A stretch of DNA of 63,369 nt, counting the filler, from Octopus bimaculoides (taxonomy: Eukaryota): NCBI RefSeq assembly GCF_001194135.2. It is 7 parts of 6 records of this genome, joined end to end, with 100 filler letters (N's around TTAATTAATTAA, not from the genome) between each part and the next. Parts side by side here need not be neighbours in the genome. Positions count along the whole stretch, not along the records: positions 1 to 15,383 come from NC_068984.1; 6 more parts are not named here. The stretch is one strand, 5' to 3'. Below the pieces are notes generated by a model. It ran no database searches. It saw nothing but the letters and a program-made list of their open reading frames with translations, and was not told where the DNA came from. A program made the translations under genes and the position numbers. Below are positions 1-12,190 of this stretch, one piece after another. How positions within the stretch are numbered: position 1 is the stretch's first letter; the number at the start of each line of letters is the position of its first letter.

Positions 1-14
1 TATATATATATATA

Positions 15-395
15 AACCCACGGACTCCTACCACTACCTCAACTTTCCTCCTCCTACCCTTCCCACACCAAACGGGCCATTCGCTACTCCCAGTTCCTCC
101 GCCTGCGGGACTTCCGTCGTCTATAGCTAGATCTCACCACCCTCCCTATTTTCCCCAACTTTCCCTTGCCCTCCTTCAATATTGCCCGCCACCTACGCAA
201 TCAGCTGATCCGTAGCTCCCCCCACCGCTTCATTCCCAACCAACCCGGATCCTTCCTTTGTTCCAGACCCCGTTGCCACACCATGTCCTTTCATTACCAA
301 CACCACTTCCCTCACTGGATCTAACCAGCACACCCTCTGCATTAGGAACTTCTCTTGCATTCCTTCAAACCTTATTTACTGTATCAGGTGCATAC
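15..395 (+). mobile_element. Penelope-like retroelement fragment (RT thumb to start of GIY-YIG linker), degenerate
   Basis: Frameshifted translation gives KPTDSYHYLNF..SHTKRAIRYSQFLRLR and PGSFLCSRPRCHTCPFI..NFSCIPSNLIYCIRC, typical of PLE thumb and Cys-rich linker. Confidence 0.75.
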
Positions 396-1507
396 AATAT
401 CTCTTTTCTATGTAAAGACATGATTTTGACTAATTTGTTGTCTTCAAGCAATTTCTTCAACTAAAATTCTGGTTTGAGATCTTATGTTATTCTGTTTTTT
501 AAAATATTTAGATTGTAAGTAGTTTATTTAATTTACCACTTTATGATTGCTGCGGAGAAAATGACCATGTTGAAAATTCATATTTATGTATTAACTGAAA
601 TGGGGGAAGTAGTTTATAAAGACAAGCGCAGTGTGTACGGCATATAGAAATAACTTGGTAATAATCTTAATGTTTCCTTACATCATCATTATTTAAACTT
701 ATTCTGTGCGGTGTGCTCTAGAATCTACTATAGAACTATAACGGTATATGTTAGGATATGTGTTGGTAGTCAGTGATCACCAATTGTAATGGTTGATACC
801 CAATTCGTCTTGAGTGGTTATCCAAATGTAATGGTTTTGTTGTGTGGATGATGTTTATGAAGACGAAGTTGTAAACAAATATTTTTACAGTCACTTTGTA
901 TGTATATAGCCAAACCACGAAGGGCTGGTATAATATAATTCGTAAAGCTTGCGAAGTAAAGAGAAATATCGTAGATTTTTCTTGTATAGGTATGCTTGTG
1001 TTCTCGTCATTGTGTAGTAGTGAACCACAGAGAGAAATAGGGTAATGTTGTAAAGAAGAGAAAGTGAGCTAGTGAAAGTGAGAGTGGTGGGACGAAACAA
1101 CTGCTTCGTTGGTGAGTTACCATAGTTGTCTCTCTGTGCCTTTTCATTTAGAGACGGTGTTTCGTTCAGCCGGTCAGCCAGCTCGGTTCTCACTAACTCT
1201 TTTCTTTATTTGGCACTATGGCCATAACACAGAGGGGACACTACAAGGACAGACAGAACATCACAGTGGGGACAAAAACAGGAAACGAATGAAAATGAAG
1301 ATGTCATATAATGAAAATGAAATGGCTGCATGGGCCCCATTCCCATGCAGTACCATTTGAACGTTTAATACACTGTTTACAATCGTTCATTTTCCTTTGT
1401 TTGTTTCCTTATAGTTTTTTCTCTCTTTTTTTTTTAAATAAAACAATTTTATTTTTTATTTTTTCCTTTTTTTCCAGTAAACAATTTTACTTACTTTTTT
1501 CCTGGTT

Positions 1508-2353
1508 TTAGTATTTCATAAAAGGTTCGAGATCTTTCAGTTCTACTACTGGTGGCAATTCATCGAATTCCATCGCTACTCCTGGCGGATCAATTCCCCC
1601 TCCAGACATATCTCTCAGCCTGTTGTATTTCTCCCTGTCGACCACAATGGCCTTCACATTCTCCGAATACACGTCTGTGGGCAGCTTCACCCTTATGATA
1701 GACTTAAATTTCATTATTTTCCGTTTCCTTGTTTTTCGCATATGTCACAAAATTCCATCGATATTTTTTGGGCTTTCTTACTTGCTTTCCCTTTTCCTGC
1801 TTCACTGCTGGTACCTTTTCTCTTTCCACTATGAATAGTCTCTCCATTTCACCCTCGTATAATTGTTCTCCTGAATCCTCCTCCTCTATTGGTACAATCA
1901 ATGTCTTTGCTGCTGTCTCCTCCTGCAACTCCTCTTCGAGCTCCTTTTCAAGTTCCTTTTCGATCTCCTTGTCAACCACCATTTTATCTTCCTTCCTTCT
2001 GACTTTCTTCACAACCTCTTTCTCTACCGTTTCTTTCTTCTTTTTCTGCATCTCTGGCGGAGGTCTTACTCTATCACTTCTCTTTCTTTCTTTTACTACC
2101 GTAAATTCTTCATCCGTTCTTGTCTCCTTTGCCTCGACTTGTACCACTTGGTGGCACTCTCCTGCTTCTCAGTTTGTTCCTTCTGTTGTTCTCTCTGGAG
2201 GCATTTCACCTTCATGTGGCCTGTCTCTCCACATGCGTAGCATATGGGCGGCCTACCCTCCACCACCACTCGCAGCCTTACGTCCTCAGGCAGAACTATT
2301 TCTTCTGCGATTCTGCTTACGGAGTTCTTGTATTTATAACTATACAAAACTAG
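1508..2353 (-). mobile_element. Degenerate ORF1 (gag-like) of a Tx1/L1-like non-LTR retrotransposon
   Basis: CCHC knuckle CYACGETGHMKVKC (2201-2242) preceded by LRVVVEGRPP, followed by a K/E-rich low-complexity region spread over three frames. Confidence 0.65.
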
Positions 2354-3220
2354 CTAAAAAAAAAAGAAAAAAGTTTATTGCAGAGAACAAAGGATATTCT
2401 TTGCGGGGTCGACTGTTATCTCAATTCAACTTTTCGCCGCATACAAAAAGTTAGAAGGGTCAAGTGGCAAAGACAAATCGGCTTGGCAAAGCCATATGTT
2501 AAANNNNNNNNNNNNNNNNNNNNNNNNNNNNNNNNNNNNNNNNNNNNNNNNNNNNNNNNNNNNNNNNNNNNNNNNNNNNNNNNNNNNNNNNNNNNNNNNN
2601 NNNNNNNNNNNNNNNNNNNNNNNNNNNNNNNNNNNNNNNNNNNNNNNNNNNNNNNNNNNNNNNNNNNNNNNNNNNNNNNNNNNNNNNNNNNNNNNNNNNN
2701 NNNNNNNNNNNNNNNNNNNNNNNNNNNNNNNNNNNNNNNNNNNNNNNNNNNNNNNNNNNNNNNNNNNNNNNNNNNNNNNNNNNNNNNNNNNNNNNNNNNN
2801 NNNNNNNNNNNNNNNNNNNNNNNNNNNNNNNNNNNNNNNNNNNNNNNNNNNNNNNNNNNNNNNNNNNNNNNNNNNNNNNNNNNNNNNNNNNNNNNNNNNN
2901 NNNNNNNNNNNNNNNNNNNNNNNNNNNNNNNNNNNNNNNNNNNNNNNNNNNNNNNNNNNNNNNNNNNNNNNNNNNNNNNNNNNNNNNNNNNNNNNNNNNN
3001 NNNNNNNNNNNNNNNNNNNNNNNNNNNNNNNNNNNNNNNNNNNNNNNNNNNNNNNNNNNNNNNNNNNNNNNNNNNNNNNNNNNNNNNNNNNNNNNNNNNN
3101 NNNNNNNNNNNNNNNNNNNNNNNNNNNNNNNNNNNNNNNNNNNNNNNNNNNNNNNNNNNNNNNNNNNNNNNNNNNNNNNNNNNNNNNNNNNNNNNNNNNN
3201 NNNNNNNNNNNNNATATATA

Positions 3221-3375
3221 CGACGGGCTTCTTTCAGCTTCCGTCTACAAGAACCACTCACAAGGTTTTGATCGGTCCGAAGCTTGAGTAGAAGACACTT
3301 GCCTAAGGTACCACGCAGTGGGATTGAACCTGGAATCATGTGGTTGGGAAGTAAGCTTCTTACCACACAGCCACG
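3221..3375 (-). mobile_element. Family C SINE 5' half, remainder in the N gap
   Basis: Matches 6222-6377. Similar partial or older copies lie at about 10775-11105, 33940-34055, 35235-35478, 35735-36095, 36400-36567, 47418-47670, 51829-51988, 52800-53065 and 53170-53232. Confidence 0.85.
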
Positions 3376-4260
3376 TCTTCTTTCTTTCTTTTCGTATCGC
3401 ATTTTAAAAGATAATAACAAACGTTCAAAGCTAAATACGATGAAAAATAGAAATGTTCTAAAATGCTATTATATGATGGGGGTCTTTCTATCATCTGCAG
3501 ACGCAGCTATCTTTAAAACAGATACTAGCTTAACTGAAGAACACTGATGATTTGAAAGACCGTAAAAAAAAAAACTTCCGTTAGAACAAAAGGGTTAGGT
3601 CTTTAGATTAAATGTAAGCAAAACATGACAACATTAGAAAAGAAATACATTTAATATAAAACGTCACGATATGTACATCATTTATATAATTAATATATTT
3701 AGGGTATGAGACTTATTGGCACAGTCATTTTGGGGCCACTTATTAGGCGTCGCTGATTCGATACTGACTTATTTGATATCAGACGTTTCAATGTTTCTCT
3801 CTGTTTATGCGTATGAGCATATTTTCCTATGCGTATGAGAAGAGGGGAAAGTGTTAATATCAATCATATTCCGTTAATAAATTGTGATGTCTCTGTTACT
3901 CTCCTCTTCTCTCACTCTTTCTATTTGTATAGTTCTGTGCGCGCACGCGTATGTATGATTGCCTTCAGCGCTAAAAAGTGCTGTCACCAAAACAGGTTCA
4001 ATGTCCAGTCAGCCCAATAGCTCGTTCCGTATAATTCAAATGATTATTTTAAGATTTATTTCGACAACATGATGAGTAAATACAGTCGTGATATGAACAA
4101 AGATTTTGAAGTCATGCATACTAAGGCGTTTATTTGTATAAGCGTAATCTACTCACTGAATCTACCATGATTACATGCAGACAATTTTATAACCCTTACA
4201 TATCTATGCTCTATATGGAATAAAGTCTCTTAGTTAATTCTGCTTTTATTGTTGTTGCCA

Positions 4261-5652
4261 TTAAACTGAAGTGACTGCTTCGTGATTAATAAAATATTTC
4301 TTAGATTTTTTCTTTTTTTGCCAAAGAAAATTGGCTTCATTGCCAGCACGTATTTGCCGAAGAGGCCAAAACACACACGGTAGTAATAAAATAATCTTGA
4401 AAAAAATAACAGTAAGTGGAAGTATACTGGAAATAAAAGTAAAAGATCGAAACAAAACGAATGGTTTTGTCAAAGTAATCCACCAAGGAGCCCCGTATAT
4501 TAGAACGTGTGCAATACCAGCAGCTAAAGTAAAGTAGCCGAGGTAAGATTGTATTAGAGCGAACTCGTGCCAATTCAAACGTTCTAATATGGAAGGTATC
4601 GTAGAAACAGCTAAAATGGCCATAGATAAATATGTGACAACACCGGCCAATAACATAATTTCGCCATGCTTGTAAAATGAATAGCGGTCAGGAACTTTAA
4701 CAGTAATATTTCCTTCTAAGTCATATTCTTTGTATTTCGCAACTACGAAAAAATTGTGAGGATTACCGGAAGCCAATATCAGAACTGATATAATCATATG
4801 AAATGTGGCGAAGAAAAATGCCCACAGACCTATTTGTTTTCGTGATTTCAACCAGCGATCTAACCAGTTAGGAAATCGTTTTATTTTGTTACCGTAATAG
4901 AGCTGGAAAAATGCCGCCAGCTCTCCCGGTAGATAGCAACAAGCTAGGAGGAAAATGGCTGTGGTACAAACTGCTGGGTTGAAACGTCTCAGTGGGAAAG
5001 AACTCCAGTCCATTGTTTCTCTCATAAACATTCTAGCAATCGACCATAGTGTAAATAGCAAAAACGTTACCCACGCAAAAATTGTTGGCGCAATCCATTC
5101 AGGAAATATTTTAGCAACACTATGTTCAATATCACGAGCAGAACGCAGCATACCTCTGTCAATGGGTGTGAAACCAATATTTCGAGTTAACTGCATCACT
5201 TTTGTTTTAGCTTCAACATCATCACTACAAATAAAAACGTTTTTACTACCACCAAAACTTTCCGACAGGAGGGCCCAAGATGACAGAACATTAAATCCCT
5301 TCACGACGCGTGCATCCGTGTATTCACACAATTGTTCAGCATTAGATATTTCTTTATCTATGGTGTCATTTGAAACCTCAACTACTACTTTTCCTCTCAG
5401 TTGTTTCTTAAACTGAGACAATGTTGAATAGTGAAGCGGTCGAATGGCAACAATAACCATATCAGAATGTTTTATACAACTATCAATATCAACGACCTCT
5501 ATATCTGAGAAATAGCTGTCAATGACTTCTAAGGAACGATTTGAAGGATCTCGACTTCCCATGATCACATCATAGTTGCACTTGAAAGCTCTCAAAGCGA
5601 ATGCTCGAGCAAAATCTCCTGTGCCAAGAATGCTTATTTTCTTAGAATCCAT
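4261..5652 (-). CDS. STEAP: STEAP-family metalloreductase (STEAP2/3/4 type: N-terminal NADPH oxidoreductase domain + 6-TM heme/FAD domain), 463 aa, single coding exon
   Basis: Uninterrupted ORF. Motifs: Rossmann ISILGTGDFARA, GSRDP, EVSN, VVKGFNVLSSWAL, RFPNWLDRWLKSRKQIGL, LNWHEF..IQS.LG, and two TM histidines (H285 at 4798-4800, H382 at 4507-4509) positioned like the STEAP heme ligands. Paralog (2/3/4) cannot be assigned. Confidence 0.96.
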   Translation of the reverse strand: MDSKKISILGTGDFARAFALRAFKCNYDVIMGSRDPSNRSLEVIDSYFSDIEVVDIDSCIKHSDMVIVAIRPLHYSTLSQFKKQLRGKVVVEVSNDTIDKEISNAEQLCEYTDARVVKGFNVLSSWALLSESFGGSKNVFICSDDVEAKTKVMQLTRNIGFTPIDRGMLRSARDIEHSVAKIFPEWIAPTIFAWVTFLLFTLWSIARMFMRETMDWSSFPLRRFNPAVCTTAIFLLACCYLPGELAAFFQLYYGNKIKRFPNWLDRWLKSRKQIGLWAFFFATFHMIISVLILASGNPHNFFVVAKYKEYDLEGNITVKVPDRYSFYKHGEIMLLAGVVTYLSMAILAVSTIPSILERLNWHEFALIQSYLGYFTLAAGIAHVLIYGAPWWITLTKPFVLFRSFTFISSILPLTVIFFKIILLLPCVFWPLRQIRAGNEANFLWQKKKKSKKYFINHEAVTSV

Positions 5653-5715
5653 ATTTCAGCTGGAAGTTGAGTAAGAAAGAGTTATCTGAAAGAAAAAAAG
5701 AAAAAAACGGTAAAC
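5653..5715 (-). promoter_or_regulatory. 3' splice acceptor in the STEAP 5' UTR (exon starts at 5685, 33 nt before the ATG)
   Basis: Minus strand reads gtttaccgtttttttcttttttttctttcag|ataactc...: long polypyrimidine tract plus CAG. An in-frame TGA two codons before the ATG rules out an N-terminal extension. Confidence 0.75.
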
Positions 5716-5942
5716 AAATTAGATGTAGTACTACACATGCGATAGAGTTGTAAGAGCTCGTTTATTAGATTTATAGCCAAGAATCGAAACCTTAACCTAG
5801 ATTTCCCTGCGAGATCTTTGCTTTTCTTTCGGCGTTAATACTGGGAAATTTATGAGGCCACCTGTCAAACTTATATCGATTCCTTTGTCTGAGTTAGAAT
5901 TCTACGGTCATTTGGAGGTTTGAGAGATAAGATATATATATA

Positions 5943-6165
5943 CTCTTTTTCTTTTACTCTTTTACTCTTTTACTTGTTTCAGTCATTTGACTGCGGCCAT
6001 GCTGGAGCACCGCCTTTAGTCGAGCAAATCGACCCCAGGACTTATTCTTTGTAAGCCTAGTACTTATTCTATCAGGGTCTTTAGCCGAACCGCTAAGTTA
6101 CGGGGACGTAAACACACCAGCGTCGGTTGTCAAGCGATGTTGGGGGGACACAGACACAAACATAT

Positions 6166-6220
<55 letters not shown>

Positions 6221-6377
6221 TACGACGGACTTCTTTCAGTTTCCGTCTACCAAATTCACTCACAAGGCTTTGGTCGGCCCGAGGCTATAGTAGAAGACAC
6301 TTGCCCAAGGTGCCACGCAGTGGGAATGAACCCGAAACCATGTGGTTGGAAAGCAAGCTACTTACCACACAGCCACT
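5943..6377 (-). mobile_element. Full-length tRNA-derived SINE (family C) with an internal (TA)n microsatellite
   Basis: Reverse complement closely matches 10029-10460; tail of (AAAAGAGT)-like repeats. Confidence 0.9.
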
Positions 6378-7325
6378 CCTATATATATATGTATATATTC
6401 CTTTGTTCACGAACATACATTCAGTTTTTCCCCATAAATATAAATAGGAACTCTGAGAGAACATCAGCGGTCAGTTTTCCTTCGCTTCCACACGCTGTAT
6501 GACTTCTCTTTATTGCGAGCAGATTTTCGTACAAGACACGATCAATCATTGTTGTCATTCACCTTGTACTGCTGAACTGCCGACTACTACAGCCTTTGTT
6601 ACATTTGGTGAACCCGGCGTGATTCGAACCTCCTCTTTCATTTTCCCGTTGCTATCGTCATCTTCACATCTTCTAAACAAGTGGATAAGACATTGAAATT
6701 GCTCAGAGTTCGTGATTTAAAATCCACTTGAAGCGTTTTGTTCTCTTTCTTAGCAAAATAGTTTATTTAATGCTTATTCTATACCTCCGTTTACTTTAGC
6801 TGTGAGGAAACATTCAGTAAGATTTATGAAGTATCGATACAGACGTCTGATCACTAATGATCAGATAAATCAATTATTTAATGCATTACTTACTATTATA
6901 TTTATCAGTTTTATGTGAGTTCCAACGGCACCATCGAATGCATTTCCATGTTTCACAAATGTATGCGGCATTGTCAATTTTTGGAGATGAAACAGATGTG
7001 TTTGAACGCTACGTCAACTTAGCATTGTTGTAGGATTTCTTTTGTTGTGCTTGGTGTTATTTTAGTGTTTCGTATGTTGTGTAGAGTTGAGTAGTGTTCG
7101 TGATTTCTATGTGGTGTGTGAGTTGTATGATAATGTTGGATGTTGATTGCGTAGACTTTGTGCCGTGTGAGTTGCATGATGTTGGGTGGAAACTGTATTT
7201 TAGTGTGATTTGTTCGTGCTATAGAATCGGGTGTCAGTTATATAAGAGTATGTGTTGTCAGTCCATTGGGTGGTTCTGTTTAGAGTATGTACAGAGTGAA
7301 CTGTGTTTTGTGTATATCTTTTTTG

Positions 7326-7652
7326 AACGCGCGTGGCTTAGTGGTTAGCGTATTCGGCTTACGACCGTAAAGTTGCGAATTCGGTTCCCGGCGGTACGTT
7401 GGGTCCTTAAGCAAGACACTTTATTTCTTGTTACTCTAGTTCATTCAGCTGGCAAAAATATATGTAAGCCAAATGGCCAGCCTTGTCACGTTCTGCGCCA
7501 CGTTAAATCTCCTTGAGAACTACGTTAAGGGTATGTGTGTCTGTGGAGCACTCAGCCACTTGCACGTTAATTCCACGAATAGGCTATTCCGTTGGTCGGG
7601 TCGACTGGTCGGATCAATACACGTCGTCGTCGTACCCGACGGAGTGCCAGTT
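7326..7652 (+). mobile_element. tRNA-derived SINE with the family A tail but a different body
   Basis: Head tggcttagtggttag...gaattcggttccc; tail from cagccttgtcac to gacggagtgcca aligns with 17186-17345. Confidence 0.8.
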
Positions 7653-8509
7653 TTTGATATCTGCTGTATACCTCATATGTATAAAGGCTACGGGTACGTA
7701 TTCTACAATAGTCACAACTCTAAATATTGAATTAACATCTAGTAGGTAAGTCTCACTAATTCTACAGTTCCATGATCGGTATTGATCAGATACTCGTCTA
7801 ATTACTTAAAGCAACGTGAGAATCAATACGTTGTCATCCAGTTTGGTAGGATAGTAACCAAATATCCCTAAAATCACACCCCGGCGTCCTAAAAGTGGTA
7901 AAGACACATTAGGTAGTATAATTGCAGGTACATTTGATTGGAGGACTTCAGACTCAGGACTGGTCTGGTGTTAAAAAATAACAACACAGTTTAAATTTTA
8001 AAAGTATACTGAAATATTTTACATGAATTATCTCGTTTGAATATGTTGTCTTCCAATTGATTTTACTGAATATAGCCAATGCATATATTCTATCTATCTT
8101 TATATTATTTTATATTATTTTACTACTGTCAGCCAATTGGCTTTGGCCATGTTGATATAGTGCCACAAATCCTAAGACTTCTAATTCTTCAGATCTTTAA
8201 TTTAAATTTAATAAACTGTAAGGCTTTCGAGAAGCCTTTACACGCTCGCTTGTTCGGTTAAAAATAGCAGCGAAATCACTCACGAACTTGTATTACATAA
8301 TGTAGTCCAGACCCTCTGCCGGGTGTAAAAGATGAGGAGGTCAAGGCCAGAACAACATCTATTATGGGTCTGCGTATCAAACAATGATATGAGGTTGTAA
8401 AAAAAAAAAAGGAGGTGGAGTAGAAGATGAAGAGGAGGACACGAGAGTGGGAGAAGAAGAAAAAAAACTTGTATATTATATAATATTGATTTCAAATTAT
8501 GATACAAGG

Positions 8510-8702
8510 TCAGCAATTTCGGAGGCAGGAGTTAGTCGATTACGCCGACACCATTGCTTGATTGATATCTATTTTAACGATCCCAAAGGGATGAACATCA
8601 AGTTCGACCTCAGTGGAATTTGGATTGAGAATGTAAAGACTGATGAAATTCCGCCAAGCAGTTCACTCGGCGCTGCTAACGATTCTGCCAGCTCGCCGCC
8701 TT
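8510..8702 (-). mobile_element. tRNA-like SINE (family B)
   Basis: Reverse complement begins aaggcggcgagctggcagaatcgttagc, the same head as 11970, 15587, 19738, 24559, 34078, 36845-37059(-), 42335-42500(-), 45578 and 46915-47110(-). Confidence 0.8.
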
Positions 8703-8928
8703 TGTATATTATGTAATACTGATTTCTAACATAGGTATATGGCCTCAAGTTTTGTAGGGGGGAAAAGTTGAATATAATCAACTCCATTTCCTAATTAATC
8801 CTTATTTTACCAACCTCAGAACGATCAAAAGCAAAGATAACTTAGGCAGGATTCGGAATTAGAATGTGAAGAGGCCTCTGACAACTCTGTCAGCGTTCTC
8901 TCTTTCTCTTTCTCTCTATCTATCTATC

Positions 8929-9018
8929 TATTTATCTACGTATACATACATACATACATACATACATACATACATACATACATACATACATACATACATA
9001 CATACATACATACATACA
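8929..9018. repeat. (CTAT)n then (TACA)n microsatellite running into a gap
   Basis: Directly visible. Confidence 0.95.
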
Positions 9019-10028
9019 NNNNNNNNNNNNNNNNNNNNNNNNNNNNNNNNNNNNNNNNNNNNNNNNNNNNNNNNNNNNNNNNNNNNNNNNNNNNNNNNNN
9101 NNNNNNNNNNNNNNNNNNNNNNNNNNNNNNNNNNNNNNNNNNNNNNNNNNNNNNNNNNNNNNNNNNNNNNNNNNNNNNNNNNNNNNNNNNNNNNNNNNNN
9201 NNNNNNNNNNNNNNNNNNNNNNNNNNNNNNNNNNNNNNNNNNNNNNNNNNNNNNNNNNNNNNNNNNNNNNNNNNNNNNNNNNNNNNNNNNNNNNNNNNNN
9301 NNNNNNNNNNNNNNNNNNNNNNNNNNNNNNNNNNNNNNNNNNNNNNNNNNNNNNNNNNNNNNNNNNNNNNNNNNNNNNNNNNNNNNNNNNNNNNNNNNNN
9401 NNNNNNNNNNNNNNNNNNNNNNNNNNNNNNCATAAACATACCAACACAAATTTTTGTTGACTCATCAAAAACTGATATATTACAGAAGTCAATAAGTAAG
9501 CTAAGTTGATTTTCGATACTTTCCCGAAAAGTTAAAATATATTAATTAGAGCTGTGAATTTTTACATATTTTCAGATGTTTATTTAGTTGTGAAACTACG
9601 TTTAAATCCCCTCCCCACCAAAAAAAAACAAAAAAAAAAATCCATTGAAATACACTACCTCGACACCTTAGCTGTGGGATCAGTTATGACCTAGAAGAGA
9701 AACGGACATATGTTTCATTTTGTTTTTTAGCACTGTGATTGCATCGGTGGGAATTAGCACTGCTTTTTTCTTTCACCTCATTTAATCAACTACAAACTGG
9801 TGGGAAAACGACTAATTAACAGACGATAGCATAGCACAGTAGCTCTCAGTCGGTTTCTAGGTGCCCACAAATTTTTAAAAACGTATCCAAAGCTTTAAAA
9901 ATAATCTATACTGGTTTGTAATCTTGAAAAACCTGATATTAATAATTTTATTGCAAGTGTTTTATTAATAAAGTAGGAAAACAACAGTTTTCTACATCGT
10001 CTTTTTTTAAATGTTTGACTTGTAAACA

Positions 10029-10191
10029 GGATTGGCTGTGTAGTTAGTAGCTTGCTTACCAACCACATGGTTTCGGGTTCATTCCCACTGCGTGGCACCT
10101 TGGGCAAGTGTCTTCTACTATAGCCTCGGGCCGACCTAAGCCTTGTGAGTGGATTTGGTAGATGGAAACTGAAAGAAGCCCATCGTATATA

Positions 10192-10237
<46 letters not shown>

Positions 10238-10460
10238 CGGGTGTATATGTTTCTGTGTCTGTGTTTGTCCCCCCAACATCGCTTGACAACCGATAGTGGT
10301 GTGTTTATGTCCCCGTAACTTGGCGGTTCGGCAAAAGAGACCGATAGAATAAGTACTAGGTTTACAACGAATAAGTCCTGGGGTCGATTTTCTCGACTAA
10401 AGGCGGTGCTCCAGCATGGCCGCAGTCAAATGACTGAAACAAGTAAAAGAGTAAAAGAGT
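10029..10460 (+). mobile_element. Full-length family C SINE
   Basis: tggctgtgtagttag...gggttcattccc head, internal (TA)n, ends ccagcatggccgcagtcaaatgactgaaacaagtaaaagagtaaaagag. Confidence 0.9.
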
Positions 10461-11363
10461 AACTGTTGTCTGTCTGCTCATTCAAAGTGCACTGCAAATA
10501 TTTTCATTTGATTCCATTTGATTCCATTTGATTCACAAAGTTTAAAAAAAAAATTGCGAACCACTGTTTTACTTTCATAACCACAGTGTAGGAAATATTA
10601 TTTCATAAATTTGAACTTTGCAGCAAAGTAACTGTCAAAGGTGCCTCCTCTTTTAATCATTTGTGAAATGTCAAAATATTTAGTTTTGGCTCAAACAAAA
10701 CAGATGTCTCATTATATCAAAACAAAAACAAAAAAGCACGCACATAGTAAAAAGCACCCACCCACAAAAGGCGCGGGCATGGCTGTGTGGTAAGATGTTC
10801 ACTTTGTGGACACATGATTTCAGGTTCAGTCCTCCTTCGCAACATTTATCCCCATGACGATCAATACCTGTGAATGTATTTTGGTGACGGAAACTGTGCG
10901 GAAGTCTATCGATATATATATGTATGCATGTGCTAGTGCGTACACTTGACAACTGGTGTTGATTTGTTTAAATTCCTGTAACGAGGAAAACCGATAGAAT
11001 AAGCACCAGACTTAAAGAGCTAGGTGTTGGGGTTCGATTTAATTGATTAAATCCTTTGAAGCAGGATGCTGGCTTCGCCGCAGTCAATAAGTAAAATAAT
11101 AAGAGAATAAACGAACTCCTCAAGCCAGATATATCATCTGCATCAGCTGTTTTATCTCACAAGAGCCTTTCTTCAGCTGCGATGCCTTCATCCCAATTTG
11201 GCGAAGACAAGTGGACGCCCGGAGTCCGAAGACGGGGACAGAAAGAAATCTGTAGCAGTGGAGCATTGAGATCGATGTAATTGACTAGCTCGTCCTACAA
11301 TAATTTTAGGACTTGTGCCTATAGAAGAAAGCCTAATATATATAATAATTAAATTATATATTA

Positions 11364-11401
<38 letters not shown>

Positions 11402-11969
11402 GTGTGTGTGTTCGTGTCAGTCCCCAACTGCCGCTTGAAAACCTGTGTTGGGTCGTTTACGTTCTCATGACTTAGTGGTTCGGCAAAAATACCCCGATCG
11501 ATTTGTTCGACTAAAATCCTTCAAGGTGTACCAGCATGGCCGTAAAAGATTAAAAAAAGCGTATTTGTGGTAATGTATATGTGTACTTGGTAATGTGAAT
11601 GCATCTAAGTGTGTGTGTGTGTGTGTGTGTTGTGAAATAATCAACTTTTCAACCACTTCTACATAAAATATGACCAATTTTATTGATCGCACTAATAAGA
11701 ATATTTGTGCTATGCTTTTCCTTTCTATATCTCCAGGAGTGGACAATATTAGTACCAGTCAGATACTGGCGTTGATTCAATCTACTATACTCCTCTTCTG
11801 TAACACAAGGGTCTCCAACCACCAGGCTGTGGACCAGTACTTTGGCTGCGGACCAGTGCCGAGCCGTGGATCACTTTTGATACTGGGCCGCACAATCTAA
11901 TAAGAGTAAAATCAAAATGCATAATATACTAAATAATATTTGCATTTGCATTATACATGAGTAATAACT

Positions 11970-12190
11970 GAGGTGACGAGCTGGCAGAATCGTTAGCATG
12001 CCGGACAAAAATGCTTAGCGACATTTCGTTTACCTTTAAATTCTAAGTTCAAATGTCACCAAAGGCGACACTGCCAATCATCATTTCAGGGTTGATAAAA
12101 TAAGTACCAGTGGAGTATTGAGATCGACGTAATTGACTAGCCCGTCCCACAATAATTTTAGGACTTGTGCCTATAGAAGAAAGGATAATA
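11970..12190 (+). mobile_element. Family B SINE
   Basis: ggtgacgagctggcagaatcgttagc...aagttcaaat...aataagtaccag...cttgtgcctatagaagaaaggat. Confidence 0.8.

Noticed and set aside
891-1305. Possible further retroelement fragment (ORF 891-1193)
   Set aside because: No diagnostic motif could be read in any frame.
6563-6672. Possible 110-nt upstream STEAP exon on the minus strand (ttgtttag|...caag|gtgaat)
   Set aside because: Splice signals are only moderate and its ATGs are out of frame with STEAP; cannot be supported without transcripts.
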